A program made the translations under genes and the position numbers. From Haliotis rubra (lineage: Eukaryota), in NCBI RefSeq assembly GCF_003918875.1, contig NW_025764893.1:186001-250000 (forward strand): a stretch of 64,000 bases of DNA, in the 5' to 3' direction. Below, one piece after another: positions 33,400-46,700 of this stretch; the first letter of the stretch is position 1; the number at the start of each line of letters is the position of its first letter. The notes below the pieces were generated by a model that searched no databases, was not told the DNA's origin, and saw nothing but the letters and a program-made list of their open reading frames with translations.

Positions 33400-34986
33400 T
33401 TACGGGATGAGGCAAATGGCCGACACATATCTGCAAGGGGTACAACCAGGCAGGATGGGGATATAGCTGCTGTTGGTGTCGAGTTTAAACACTCCGACCA
33501 TCCTTCCTCGTAAACTGCTCACATAGAGATTGTTTGACCCGTCAAATCCTCTTGCGTGTATGAAATTCCACGGTGTAAAGGCAAGGTTGACCATCGTTAC
33601 AGTCTCTCCAGAATCCAAAGAATGTTTCATTAACCCAGTGTCATCATTAAAGTAGAGAACACGATCAGTCATATCTGCAGTCACTGTCATTATGTTCTTC
33701 CCAGAGTGAACCACTCTGACGTCATTTCCGTTGTAGGTCATTGATAGGAGTTTCGTGTCGGTGCATACGTAGATCCGTCTCAGTTTATAGTCAAGTGCCA
33801 AACCGTACGGATAATTATAGGCGGACAGATCTGCAATCGTTTTCAGATCACTGCCATCGTATTTTAAAGAACTGACCGTTTTCCTGGGTCGAAATGTTGT
33901 AACGACGATGAGCTCTCTATCTTCGTCAACCGTAGAGGCATGACAAGCATAGTTTCGAACCAACGGTTGAAGATCGCTGCTGTTAATCCTTGACACATAT
34001 ATTATGCTCCTCAAATTAAATGGCGCAATTCCTGTGACAATAAGGGACTGAATTTTAGGTATGAACACAACTGACTGATAGTCACTGATCCCAAGAGAAT
34101 AATTACTTACGGTGTAGTCGGACAGATTCACCTGCAATGGTTCTGCATGGCCCCAAGGGGCAACAAGAAGCCGTCCATTGCGGCCCTTGGAAGCAGATAC
34201 GTCTCTTCCAACCGATTCAGACAGCCGTTTTGTTGTGACTTCAAGAACAGAGTCCGTTTCTTCATCTCCAACCGACCCGGAAAACGATTTTGTTGTGACT
34301 TCAAGAACAGAGCTCGGTTCTTCATCTCCAACCGATCCAGAAAACGGTTTTGTTGTGACTTCAAGAACAGAGATCGTTTCTTCATCTCCACCCGATCCAG
34401 AAAACGGTTTTGTTGTGACTTCAAGAAGAGAGTCCGTTTTTCCATCCCCATCCGTTTCAGACACGGGTGTAGATGAACCATTATGGGTACCGTCCTCCTC
34501 CACCCCAGTCACTCCAGACAATGCTTTTGGGGTAACAACAGGATTGTCAGTCTTTTCCTTTCTTCTTGAATTATTTGGCGCACTGGACGTCGTATCTGGA
34601 AATGCATCATTGTCAACCTGCCCTTGAGGCCCAGCCTCGGGTTCAACTACCTTTTTCAGAGCAGCTATCTCAGCCTTTAAAATTTTGTTTTCTTGCTGAA
34701 CAGCGTTCAGCTGATCGGAAAGTTTGCCAAGGAGTCCCTCAATGTTCTGATACTTTCTTTTCAGTCTTTCTACTGCCTTGCCCACATACCCTGTGACTTT
34801 CAGCTCAGCAATTTGATTTTCCAAGGTATGAAACTTTAAATCCATCTCTTGTTTAAGAGCATTTTGGCTGAGTTCAAAAAGGAGAAACCTGGCGGACATT
34901 TTGTCGTTCTTTTTGTTGGTGTATCCCCATGCATGGTGCGTAAACACCGTGAGTATGAAACACAGGCTGAACAGGGAGAGTGACAT
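33400..34986 (-). CDS. Intronless secreted protein, 528 aa: signal peptide, coiled coil, 20-aa acidic Ser/Thr repeats, C-terminal YWTD/LDLR class B-like beta-propeller
   Basis: Uninterrupted ORF. Hydrophobic N-terminus (MSLSLFSLCFILTVFTHHAWG), heptad-rich segment (LENQIAELK...LKAEIAALKK), and propeller-like blades PYGLALDYKLRRIYVCTD and TVTADMTDRVLYFNDD. Confidence 0.8.
   Translation of the reverse strand: MSLSLFSLCFILTVFTHHAWGYTNKKNDKMSARFLLFELSQNALKQEMDLKFHTLENQIAELKVTGYVGKAVERLKRKYQNIEGLLGKLSDQLNAVQQENKILKAEIAALKKVVEPEAGPQGQVDNDAFPDTTSSAPNNSRRKEKTDNPVVTPKALSGVTGVEEDGTHNGSSTPVSETDGDGKTDSLLEVTTKPFSGSGGDEETISVLEVTTKPFSGSVGDEEPSSVLEVTTKSFSGSVGDEETDSVLEVTTKRLSESVGRDVSASKGRNGRLLVAPWGHAEPLQVNLSDYTVSNYSLGISDYQSVVFIPKIQSLIVTGIAPFNLRSIIYVSRINSSDLQPLVRNYACHASTVDEDRELIVVTTFRPRKTVSSLKYDGSDLKTIADLSAYNYPYGLALDYKLRRIYVCTDTKLLSMTYNGNDVRVVHSGKNIMTVTADMTDRVLYFNDDTGLMKHSLDSGETVTMVNLAFTPWNFIHARGFDGSNNLYVSSLRGRMVGVFKLDTNSSYIPILPGCTPCRYVSAICLIP
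34205..34445 (-). repeat. Coding 60-bp tandem repeat, ~4 copies (SVLEVTTKPFSGSVGDEETD-like unit)
   Basis: Lines 34201, 34261, 34321 and 34381 align column for column. Confidence 0.9.
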
Positions 34987-35922
34987 ATTGGCAATGCTGC
35001 CTCTGTAACCAGGCGAGAGCGACGGGATGCAGATAAGTAGCTAATAGCAGGAAAAGGTTCATTATCTTATAAACTAACATAACTAATAGGATACGTGTGG
35101 GTGAATTCGGGTTAAGTCCTTGAGTTTTGTCACAGTGCCCTGGGCGAATCTGTCACTCCACATGGTCATTCAATCCATCGGAATGTAGTCAAAGCCCAAC
35201 ACACTTAAATACAAATATATGTTCCGGAATTGCTTGAAAAAATACTTGTTTGCAGATTTCTTCTCCACCAAAACCCTCTAAACATTGTAACAAAAAAAAG
35301 TCACATAATAGACACGTTGCGCATGCTGGATATTTACTGAAAATATGTTATCAGCGAGTTGAAAACTAATGTGTCACTTCACCTTTCTCAGAGTAAGAGA
35401 GAGGCTACAAGAAAACCTTGTGCTCTATCATTTCCCTTGAAAATAGATTTTTGTTTCAAACATTAAATACCGTGAAAATACAGCCCGTCTCCAACGGAAT
35501 TCCAACCCTCTCCCTCAACCACATACCTTTAAACCCACTTGTTCTGACCAGAAGAATGTCGGTATGTCACCTCGGTGTTTCTGGGTATTGGCGGCAGGTG
35601 TGGATACACATACGAATGCGAATGTTGATATTGCGAATGAGCGATATTTAGTTTGATGTCTTTTTTTAGCAATATTCCAGCAATTTCACAGCGGGGGACA
35701 CCAGAAATGGGCTTCACACAATGTACCCATGTGGGGAATCGAACCCTGGTCTTCAGCGTGACGAGCAAATAATTTAACCACGTTACCTCACCGCCCCAAA
35801 TGTGGAGTGTGTTAGGGTGTGGATGTTTTGAATTGAGTAGGTGAGGGTTGTGTTGTGTGGGCTTTGTGGTCGTTTGGAACGATGCGACCAGGGATCGAGA
35901 CATCGGCCTTGAGCTCTCCGAG

Positions 35923-36168
35923 TGAGTGAGTGGTTGAGTTTAGTTTTACGCCGCAATTAATATTCCAGCTTTATGGCGGAGGTCTGTAAATAAACGAGTC
36001 TGGACCAGACGATCCAGTGATCAACAGTATGAGCATCGAACTGCGCAATTGGGACCCGATGACATGTGTCAACCATGTCAGCCAGCCTGACTACCCGATC
36101 CCGTTAGTCGCCTCTTACGACAAGCATGGGTTACTGAAGATCAGTTCTAACCCGGATCTTCACGGGTC
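35923..36168 (-). mobile_element. Family B element, full length with 12-bp TSD
   Basis: GAGCTCTCCGAG at 35911-35922 and 36169-36180. Confidence 0.88.
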
Positions 36169-37705
36169 GAGCTCTCCGAGCACACGATTCAGTCGGAGTG
36201 AGATTGTGTGAACAGGTTTAGCTTTACGCCGTTTTAGCAATATTCCAGCAATATCACGGCTGCGGACACCAGAAATTGGCTTCACACGTCGTACCCATTC
36301 GGCGTGACGAGCGAACGCTTCAAATCACTAGGCTTATACCCCACCGCCCCGATCCGTTCGAGGCAGATGTATATATGTATGTGCTTGTTTCAATGTGAAG
36401 ATAAGTATATATATATATATATATGAGTCGCACTATATATGAAACATGACTTGCATATTAATAAAGCCGTTGTTCACCAGGTCACGTCGTTTTCAAACGT
36501 GCAAGCTCACAACCTAGACGCGTGACCTTTGACCTGCACGATATAGCGACTTCGAAGCCCAGCCAGTGTTCTGTTTGGCTCGGTCATCTGTTAGCAGGTA
36601 AGTGCCCTCGTGTATTATGTAACACCAACGCGAAACTACGGATAGCACACAGTATATCGACAATCACTGCGCTGTAGACAGTAGTCTATGCACCTTGCGA
36701 TAGGCTATCTAGTGTAGCGAATCTAGATATTCGCCACACGATGCACGATAAGCCTGTTCAGTCCCGCGAACACGTGACCGCTTGTGATAATATTAATATG
36801 TATGTTTCCTATGCTGGTTTAGTTCTGGAGAGCATGGCCTGTACAAGCCATATCTTATCAAAATATACGACTGATAAGAAGTTGCAACAGTAAAGGTCTG
36901 AATGCAGAACAGAAACTAAAGGCCACTTCCACTGATTTACATTCAAACGTGGTTCCGGACAAGGAGCTAAGGGAGGTCACTCTGAGGGTATGCTTTCTGA
37001 CAACTTGCTTAGTGTGATTTCTAATTTCACGTTCGATTCCAATATCTGTCAGCAGGATGGTCGAAATTTTGTCTTATTTTTGTAATAGTAGTTATCTATT
37101 TTATGTGCGTTGTTGTGTTGTAACTGCCTAAAAACAACAACAAAAAACCAAAACAAAACAAAATCAACATGACACAATATGTAAGTAACCTTTTATTCCT
37201 AATCCTATGATATATGCAGTAAATGCAATATATCATGTGCAATCACACTGTATCACATGTAATATATTGTATATCAATATGATAATTGTCATTTCCGTGA
37301 CGAGGTCAACTGAGGTTTGATCTCCCTCCGTCCACATCAAATAATTTTAACAGCTATTTGTTGTTGCCTTGGCTGGTCCAAGGAGATAACATACGGCCTG
37401 TTCGGCTTGGAGTCACTAAGTCAGCAATTTTCAACACGATGTTAACCCCCACTTCACCTCATTAAAATTTGTACATTAATTTATCGCATTTTAGAAGTTT
37501 GGAAGTACAATATAGACAACTTTGTGGGTAACAACGTGTTTATTTAGTGAAAGCGACGTTTCGATAGGTACAGATTCTTGTACCTTTATCCAAGATGTTG
37601 GTCTTCATTGCATTCATTTTCTGTACTTACGGTCCACGATATCCAACACTATATTTAGACCACGTTTCTCAGGTCGAACTTCAGCGCGTCTTCAACAGAA
37701 GGAAT

Positions 37706-40700
37706 ATGAAGGTGATTGTGGACGTAGACACCGGTATTGACGACGCCACGGCGTTGATGCTGCTGCTGTCGCGGGCTGATGTCGAGGTGTTAGCGATCAC
37801 GTGTGTCCGGGGAAATATTGCCCTGGACAAAGTGTGCGTCAATACGCTCAGAGTCCTCAAGGCATGTGGCAAGGAGAATGTGAGTATTTCATATCTTATA
37901 CACATCTATGTGTGAGTGAGTGAGTGAGATTAGCTTTACGCAGTTTTATGCCGCTTTATACAATATTCCAGCAATATCAGGGCGGGGGACACCCGAAATG
38001 GGCTTCACACATTGTACCCAACTGGGGAATCGAACCCGGTCTTCGGTGTGACGAGCGAACTCTTTATCCACCAGGCTACCCCACCGCCCTTATGTGAGAA
38101 ACCCATGTGATATTACTGGTATCAAACATATGTGTGAGATTGAATTACAGTTCCGTGATTGGCTACTCCATGGTGATGACCTAAGGTCAAATTATGACGG
38201 ACTACTTTTCTGATTGTAATCTACAGAGTTATTGTCGTGCTTCTGTCGAACACACACTTTGTCGAAACTGTGTGGCTTTAGAATGCGATTAAATATCCTT
38301 AGTTCTTATGTAGTTTTATCAAAATAGTTCCCTTGATAATCAACCTGTGAAGATCCCGGGTTAGAATTGATCTTCAGTAATCCATGCTTATCGTAAGAGG
38401 CGACTAACGGGATCGGATCAGGCTCGCTGACTTTTTTGACACGTGTCATCGAATCGCGTAGATCGATGCTCATGTTGTTGATCACTGGATTGTCTAGTCC
38501 AGCCTCGATTATTTCCAGACCGCCGCCATATAGCTGGAATATTGCTGAGTGTGGCGTTAAACAACAACCAACCAACCAACCTCGGAGACCCATTCGTATT
38601 ATTCCGGTACATGCCCCAGTATCGACGCGTGCTGACGTATGAACATCGGAACGACGTCAAACATTATTTTCCCTTCTACCCAGCCCTTTCTGCAATGCTA
38701 AAAGCCCTTAATGAAGCAAGTCTAGATTTCCTCTAAATCTCCCATCTTACTGAGGCTGATTTTCAATGTAAATGGGATTATTTGTTACCATCAAAACTAT
38801 ATATATTCAGTGACTAAGGGTTAGTCTAACTTGAGTGCTGGATATCCTGAACACTGCCATGACTGCAAGAGTTCAGCTTCATTTGTCCCGGACCCATAAA
38901 GTCACTCTCCTACCCAGAGTTCCATGCGGCCAGCCAGCATAGTACCTCTGCCACAGGCCAGAAAGATGTGACGATTCGTCACATCTTGCACCGTCCATTC
39001 AATATAATGTACATATTTCTTAACTCTTTTATTTGTGACGAGTCTACACATCTAATTAAACATCTTTGATAGAATGGTTTTGTTTCACTGAGAAAATATC
39101 CTAAAACGTGTAACACTATTTCGATCTGCGTAGCGATCCTTAAGGTGTTTACATACGTTGTACGGCTCCACGTGCTGTCATCGAAGCCGACAGAGAGCAA
39201 AAGATGCAGCCAGTTTGATATATAAATATGAACTGTCATAAACCTTACTGTCGCAGTTGTGGAAGAATATATATGTAATATATATGTGAAGAGCGCGCCG
39301 AAAAGCTTGCGTAAGGCCAGTCTCTTCTTATTATGAATATGCCCGTTTGTTTACAAACAAGAGAAAAGTCCGGTCACGTGATATGCAAATTAGCCTGTGG
39401 CACTGATGTTATGCTAAGTCATCACTGCGCGAGAGTGTGCCATAAAGCAGGAATACTCAACAACTTATATAGTCTCCCTGCATAAAGTAACCCCCAAAAC
39501 TAGGTTATCATCCAAAACGGCTTTCCTGTGTTGCTCACTGGCATTCAAAATGGCCACGCCCGTGTTAGGCTGTGAGATTAAGAGTGCAATTTATAAACAG
39601 TTTGATGAGGTAAAAAGGTGGCTCATGGACACATTTAATGAGGGATAAAATATTATGGGTAAAACGTTTATTTCAATCTATGATGACTGGCATCTCTGCT
39701 GCAACCGACTAACTGCTTGGATGATAGGTGAGGTGAGGTGAAATTGGGTTTAACGTCGTGCTTGGGAATATTTCGCTCATATGACGACGTGTTTATGTGT
39801 ATGTGCGGCTGCTTGTACTAGCCCAGACTGAAGCTTGTTTTATAGTGCTCTCCGGGCGGACGCTCAAACCACTACACCACGGAGGCGGTCCTTGGATGAT
39901 AGATATACATTACGTATACTTTGAAAATATAGTGTCAACATTTTTAAAACAAAATGAAATCGATGCGTGAGGAACTGCTCATCAAAACGTTAATTTATAT
40001 GTAGGACTAACTGTTAAATTCTGCACTGTATTTCTTCAATTATAAGTTAAGTCACGGATGTATATTGGCGATAAACGCTTGTCAGAGGATGTCCGTTGGC
40101 TGCAGATGTAGACATATCTCCGAATTTATTACATTGAGGTCAGTGGTAGTATGAGAACTATTTGTTAGATTTGAATGCAGCAATAGCAACAGCTAAGGAA
40201 TTGTCGTTGGAAATAACACGTGGGCTGACATATCAAGTGAGGTTTCAATATTTCATCGATGCGATAATAGGGGCTAACACTGCCTCGTGTTCCGACGTAG
40301 GACACGCGGTGACAATATAACGGTATTTCATGGCGTTTTCCCCGTCATCTTGTGTTACACTTGGAGATTAAACAAACGATGTTGTTTTCTAAACTAACAA
40401 TCACTGCCCACCGCGGCTTCCACATAGATTTCCGGTAGGTGAGAGGGCTAGTTGGCTTGCTTTCTGTGCTGGCGATTAGGTGCCTGACTCGTACTTTACT
40501 GACAACGTGTAATCCCAAGCATAACATATGTTACATTTGACCACTTTCTAAATGGCATTGTGTATTCAAAGGAGAGTTATCGCCTATCGGAATAAAAAGA
40601 TCGTCTGTTACATTACTCCAAAAATGTCGTCAAACGCACGTAAAATCTGCAAAGCAAGCTGGCAATATCGTCACAGAAAGCACTCAGTTGGACCTATAAG

Positions 40701-43700
40701 GGCACAATTTTGATTTTTAGTGTTTTTACGTAGCCACCAAATTCTGAATATGGGTGGTTGGGTGGGGAATCTAAAAAATTAAAAAAACTTAATAAAGACA
40801 AAATTATATCCGAATAATGTTCTTCATTCTCATTTATTGTAATTCTTATTACAATTTCTGGCGTTCTTTGGACTTGATTGATTACAACATTTTATATGAC
40901 GAGGCGGTACGTTTTAGGCTCGAGTCGGCGGTGTTGGAATGACCAAAGAATTTGGGTTTTTTTTATGAATAGTATGGGGGTGGGGGTTGTCCTGCAATAA
41001 ATTAGAAGGGCCGGTCGGGCGATAAACCCCCAAAAAGAAAAAGAAAGCAAAATAAAATAATAATAATTATAAAAATGCTGCCATAAGAGCTGTTATGTAA
41101 ACAAACTCACATTCATGTATTTGAATCTCTCACCGCTCATGGCATTTTCCTTGAGTTATTAAAACTTCAACTTAGTCCATACTATTCTGTTTGCTATGTT
41201 CTTTGTAATATCAAAATGGCTAAAATGATTTATGCTTTCTTAAATAATCACATACTGCCGAAACCGACATAAGTACTCGCGATTATTTTCATCAAAGTAC
41301 CTCAATCCTTACGTGCGTTCTGATTGGTTTGTCGTATTTTCGCACAAATATTCATCGGTTACGGGACGATTGTCTTTGGACATCACGGAAAGGGCCGAGT
41401 GATGGCGAATGGTGTAACTCGTTGGTTACGCTGTTCCGTCTACGGTTGTACCCCCTCCGTTAAACATGTCAACTTGTACACATAATAACATAATAGTTTT
41501 CCAACTTTTTCCAGTGATAGGTATGAAAGTAACAGACAGGAAATATTGTTGAGTAGAGGGTATTCATTGTGATTAACAAAACTGGCATTTAATAATCCAT
41601 TCAAGATTTTGAGTTATTTTGCAATTCATCATTCGCATTTGGCGACGAACGGGCTACAGGTATGACCCTTTCCCCATGTTTTATCAATTTTATGACTTTA
41701 GTCACATCAAGACCAGACTTTGTATGTGTAAGTATTTTGTTGTTATGACCCATTTGAATATATCTGATAATATCCATATCAACATTTCGAAACTTCTGTC
41801 CGGACATGCTATTCTCGCAAATGAGGAAAAAATATATGAGACTGAGATATTGCAAAAAACTGGATTCCGCTGGACTCAACTTTTCTGGGAGGAAAGATGT
41901 GGGTCCTTAAACAGTGACATTTTCTGCGTCCAACAACGCAAATCACAACTGGACCATGACATCTTCGATCAGTAAACAAACGACCATTACGTCAAACCAG
42001 GGACTCCTTTCACAAAACACTAAGGTGATCGTAAGTCTTTAAGGTGACCTTAGTGCAATGTTAAAGAATGGGAGTTAAGGTTAACCTTAGTAAAGGTTGC
42101 TTCGTGAAAGGAGCCCCAGAGCTTTTAAAAAAAAACATGGACAAAAATATAAACACCTAAACTTACAGATTTTTTCTCAAGGATAAAAGAACCTGAAATT
42201 AATGACCTAGTTAAGTAATCTAATCTATTTAAATTTGATAATATTTACCAATTTTGAAACATGCGTGAACGGTTTCAGTGGTCAAATTTTTTTTTTTTAT
42301 GGAAGTAATAATATTTAAATTATATATTTTTATGTCATATGCAACCTCACCCCTCACTGACTCTCTTCCCCCTGTGACCCAGATCCCTGTGTACCGAGGA
42401 GCAGATCGACCCATCCTAGACAACGAAAAGGATGCGTCTCACTTCCACGGTGTGGACGGCCTGGGTGACGCCACGTGGTCCGAGTCGGTTGACATCGCAG
42501 ACCTTCAGTCAGAGCATGCTGTCATGGCTATACTCAGACTCATCAACAAACATCCAGGTAAGCATTTTTAATTTCCAGGTTGTTCGTGTTTTTATTTTAT
42601 TTACTGACTCCCAGTCAGATAATCACGCTAATGAAGAAGAATTATATCTACACTGTCATCTTTCTGAGACTTACTGCGAATTCCTCAGTGAACCTTAATT
42701 GTCTGTTAAAACACTATTTTCTGATTAATATATCAATATACTTAGGTTTTTTTTATCCCCCGCCGCGCGTTTAGCGCGAAGCGGGGATATAGTATGAGGC
42801 TCCGTCCGTCCGTCCGTCCGTACGTCCGTACGAATTGGAATATCTTAAGATCCGTTGACTAGATTCTTTTCATATTTGGTACCTAGGTTAATCACAGTTT
42901 AAGAAAGGTTTGGTGACCTTGACGTTCATTTCAAGGTCACAAGGGGACATTAACGTTGTACTCTTGTCAGCGAGATATCTCAAGAACCGTTCACTAGATT
43001 TTCTTCATATTCAACACCAAGCTTTATCTAGGAAAGGCGCGGGGCCCAGTGACCTTCACATAACGTTCAAGGTCATAGCGACACTTTGAAGATTTCAGCA
43101 TATTAACCTGCATGTTATGCTTGTCAGCGAGATACCTCAAGAACCATTCACTGGATTTTCTTCATATTTGCCATCAAGCTTTATCTCGGGAAGGCGCAGG
43201 GCCCAGTTGATGTTGGTGACCTTCACTTGATTTTCAAGGTCACAGCGACACTTTATAGATTTCAGAATGTTAACCTGCATGTTAAGATGGTCAGCAGTCT
43301 AAGAAAACTTAGGCTCAATATTATTCGTTACACTGCTATAAGCAGTGTAACGAATAATACTGAGCCTAAGTTTACTTAGACTGAGATGGTCAGCGACATA
43401 TCTCAAGAACCATTTACTGGACTTTCTTCATATTTGACACCAAGCTTCATCTAAGGAAAGTGCAAGGTCCAGTTGATTTTGGTGACGTCCGATTTTGGTT
43501 AACATAGTCAGCAAGATATCGCAAAAACCATTCACTGGATTTTTTTTCATATTTGACACCAAGCTTCATCTAATGAAGGTGCAGGGCCCTGAATTCATTT
43601 CACTTTAAGTTAACATTTTTTTATAATTTTATTTATTTATTTATTTATTTATTTATTTGTATTTTTTTTTGGCGGGGGTGGGGGTGGGGGTTTTGCTTTT

Positions 43701-46700
43701 GTGTTATTTGTTTGTTACAATATTACTAGTATTCTCTGATTATTATGTCGAAATGATTATCATAACTTCTATGTCTTTTCTTCCCGCAAAAAAAAACGAT
43801 ACGGGAAATATTTGCATATATTTTCTTATGCCAACGTCCCTACGTATGTGCTTACATTGGCAAACTAAATAATCTGGTTCTAATTTTATCTCTAGTTCGA
43901 CCGTCCCCCGCCGTGATGTTGCTCGAATATTGCTAAAAGAGGCGTAAAACAAAACTCAGTCAGTCTAGTTCGACCACAACCCAGTTACTTTTTAAGAATG
44001 AAAACCCCGCAAACTGTCTTAATACAAAGAGAGCTGTTATTATTTCATTTCAGTTCATTTCATAATTTTGTTTACTTTGATTCATAAGTTGATTCAGTAA
44101 ATAATGAAATACCTTTTCGTCAAAGGGGAGATAACTCTCATTCCTCTGGGGCCTCTGACGAATATCGCTCTTGCGTTGCGCCTGGATCCGGATCTTGGGA
44201 AGAAACTGAAGGAGGTGTTCATTATGGGAGGAAATACTGAAGGTGAGGACTCGAGTGTGTGCCTCCCGCACAAAATGACAAATATACCAACAAAAAAGTG
44301 AAACTCAAAAACATAAACAGCAATGCTTGAGGTCAAATATGTTTTACGATATTTTGTATATCTGAGGGTAGATTGAAATTGTTTGTTACGAAAAATAAAG
44401 AAAAAAACATGTCTCGTGACCACTAGTTTGATCAGCCAATTAAGGCTGTATTTTGATGGTTTTGGTTCCAGTTTTGATGTACCTGCCAGTTCTGACTACA
44501 TGGTTTGAACTCCAATTTACTGACATAAAAAAATAATAATTAAAATCACGTTATTGTCACGACAGTGCATGCATCATGAATATTGATACGAAAAATGTGT
44601 TGTCTTTCAGTGGCATTTAGAAGTTGTACAGTGATGTCCAAGATATTTTATGGATTAAACTTCTATATAATTTCTCTCACCAATTTCTCTCAATAATTTT
44701 CTGCCAGTTCACCTGATGAAGGGACCTGGAATGGTCTCGAAACGTTGTGAGAGAAATTATAAGAAGTTTAATCCATAAAATATCTTGGAAAAATGTGTTG
44801 TTATGTTTTAGGTAAGGGCAGACTGAGCACCTCAGCTGAGCACAACTTTTACTGTGACTGCGAGGCAGCCTATATTTCTTTGAGAGAGTTGAAGAATATA
44901 TCGATACTCCCCTATGAGGTTTGCCTGGATACAAACATCCCTTGGGTAGGTTCTTTATAGTTGTGATATGTTTGGCCTTCAATCCCATCGACTAATGCCC
45001 AAGTCACCGGCTGTTGAATTACCACACCTCCGCTGCCTAATACGACATACAGTAAACTGCGTTTATACAGAACCCGCTTATAACGAACTGACGGATATGA
45101 CGAACTGACGGATATGACGAACTGACGGATATAACCAACTGTCGGATATGACGAACTGACTGATATAACGAACTGACTGATATAACGAACTGACGGATAT
45201 GACGAACTGAAGGATATAACCAACTGACGGATATGACGAACTGACGGATATGACGAACTGACGGATATAACCAACTGACGGATATGACGAACTGACGGAT
45301 ATAACCAACTGACGGATATGACGAACTGACTTATATAACGAACTGACTGATATGACGAACTTACTGATATAACGAACTGACTGATATAAGGAACTATTGT
45401 TGTTTTTTGTCGTGCCACTTACTGTTTATTTTAGTGGAAATGCGTATCACGAACTACGGATATAACGAACTGAATCACTGGTCCATTTGAATTCCTATAA
45501 CCGTAGTCTTATGTGGGATATTATGTAAGCAGGGGGCGGTGGGGTAACCTAGTGGTTAAAGCGTTCGCTTGTCACGCCGTAGACCGGGTTCTATTCCCGA
45601 CATGAGTACATTGTGTCAAGTGCTTTTCTGTTTGTTCCCCGCCGTGATATTGCTGGAATATTTATAAAAGCGGCATAAAACCATACTCAATCACTCAAGG
45701 TCAGAGTAGAGATGTCAAGGTCACAGTAGAGATGTCAGGGTCTCATGTCGCATGTCACAAACCGAGGCTTGAACCTTTATCTACAGACTGCCAAATCTCC
45801 GTCTGATTGTCATGTACGTTTCGTTGTTTCCAGAATAAATTAGTTTGGTTTTAAATAACCATATATGAACGTTCTCTTGTAATAGTGAACGTTCCGGTCT
45901 TTGATCATGCCATCACTATGAAGCGATGAAGGGAGCTTGGTCAAGCGCCGCCATGGGCAGCTTTTGGCTATATTGCCACTTTTAGACTTGACTGAGAAGC
46001 TAGCTCAAATTTGTGTAGGTCTGAACGTTTACGTTTGATGAAAACAATCTTTGCGATTCTGAATTGGGACCTGTGACCAGCGGATCATGCAAGGCTAAGG
46101 ACGCAACTTTGTTGAACGACTTCCAGAATATTTTAACCCTGATTAAGCATCAATCTGTTCCCCCGATAATATGGCGAAGGATGACTGCCTGTCACTTAAA
46201 ACCTTTTCTGTTAATCCCTAACAGGAAAAAAGTGAACTATTAGGTACTTCCAAACTGCTTTGTATTTTTCAGCTCGTGGCAATGTCACTGTTTCATCTGA
46301 GTTCAACTTTTATGTCGACCCTGAAGCCGCATACATTTGCCTGAGCGCGTTTAAGGCACCACTGACTATCATTCCGTGGGAGTCGTGCTTGGATACACAG
46401 AGGCAAATACCATGGGTAGGAACACAAGCAACCTTAATGGTTTCAGAGGGAAGTTTGAAATAACCGTGTGCACCGTAAAGGTCAGAATTATCTTCACAGG
46501 ATCTGCACTTAAATTACATTTGTGACGTCATTCCATTGTCTGTTCGCTCCATTAATTTTCAGGAATGGAGCGATGTGTACCAGTTTCAAAATCAAACCTT
46601 CATTTTGTCATTTTGACATTTATTTTTGATAACAGAAATATTCCCAATACTTTGAATGTAATTTAAGTAGGGTAATATCCTCGTAACTCTCCATTCCTTA

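Noticed and set aside
34128-34627. Overlapping alternative-frame and antisense ORFs
   Set aside because: Shadows of the 60-bp coding repeat in the 528-aa gene.
8209-34986. Functional cluster linking the sulfatases with the Ser-Gly repeat protein
   Set aside because: Adjacency alone is not evidence in an animal genome; no shared regulatory signal is visible.
44912-45418. 168-aa repetitive ORF
   Set aside because: Product of the 17-bp minisatellite.
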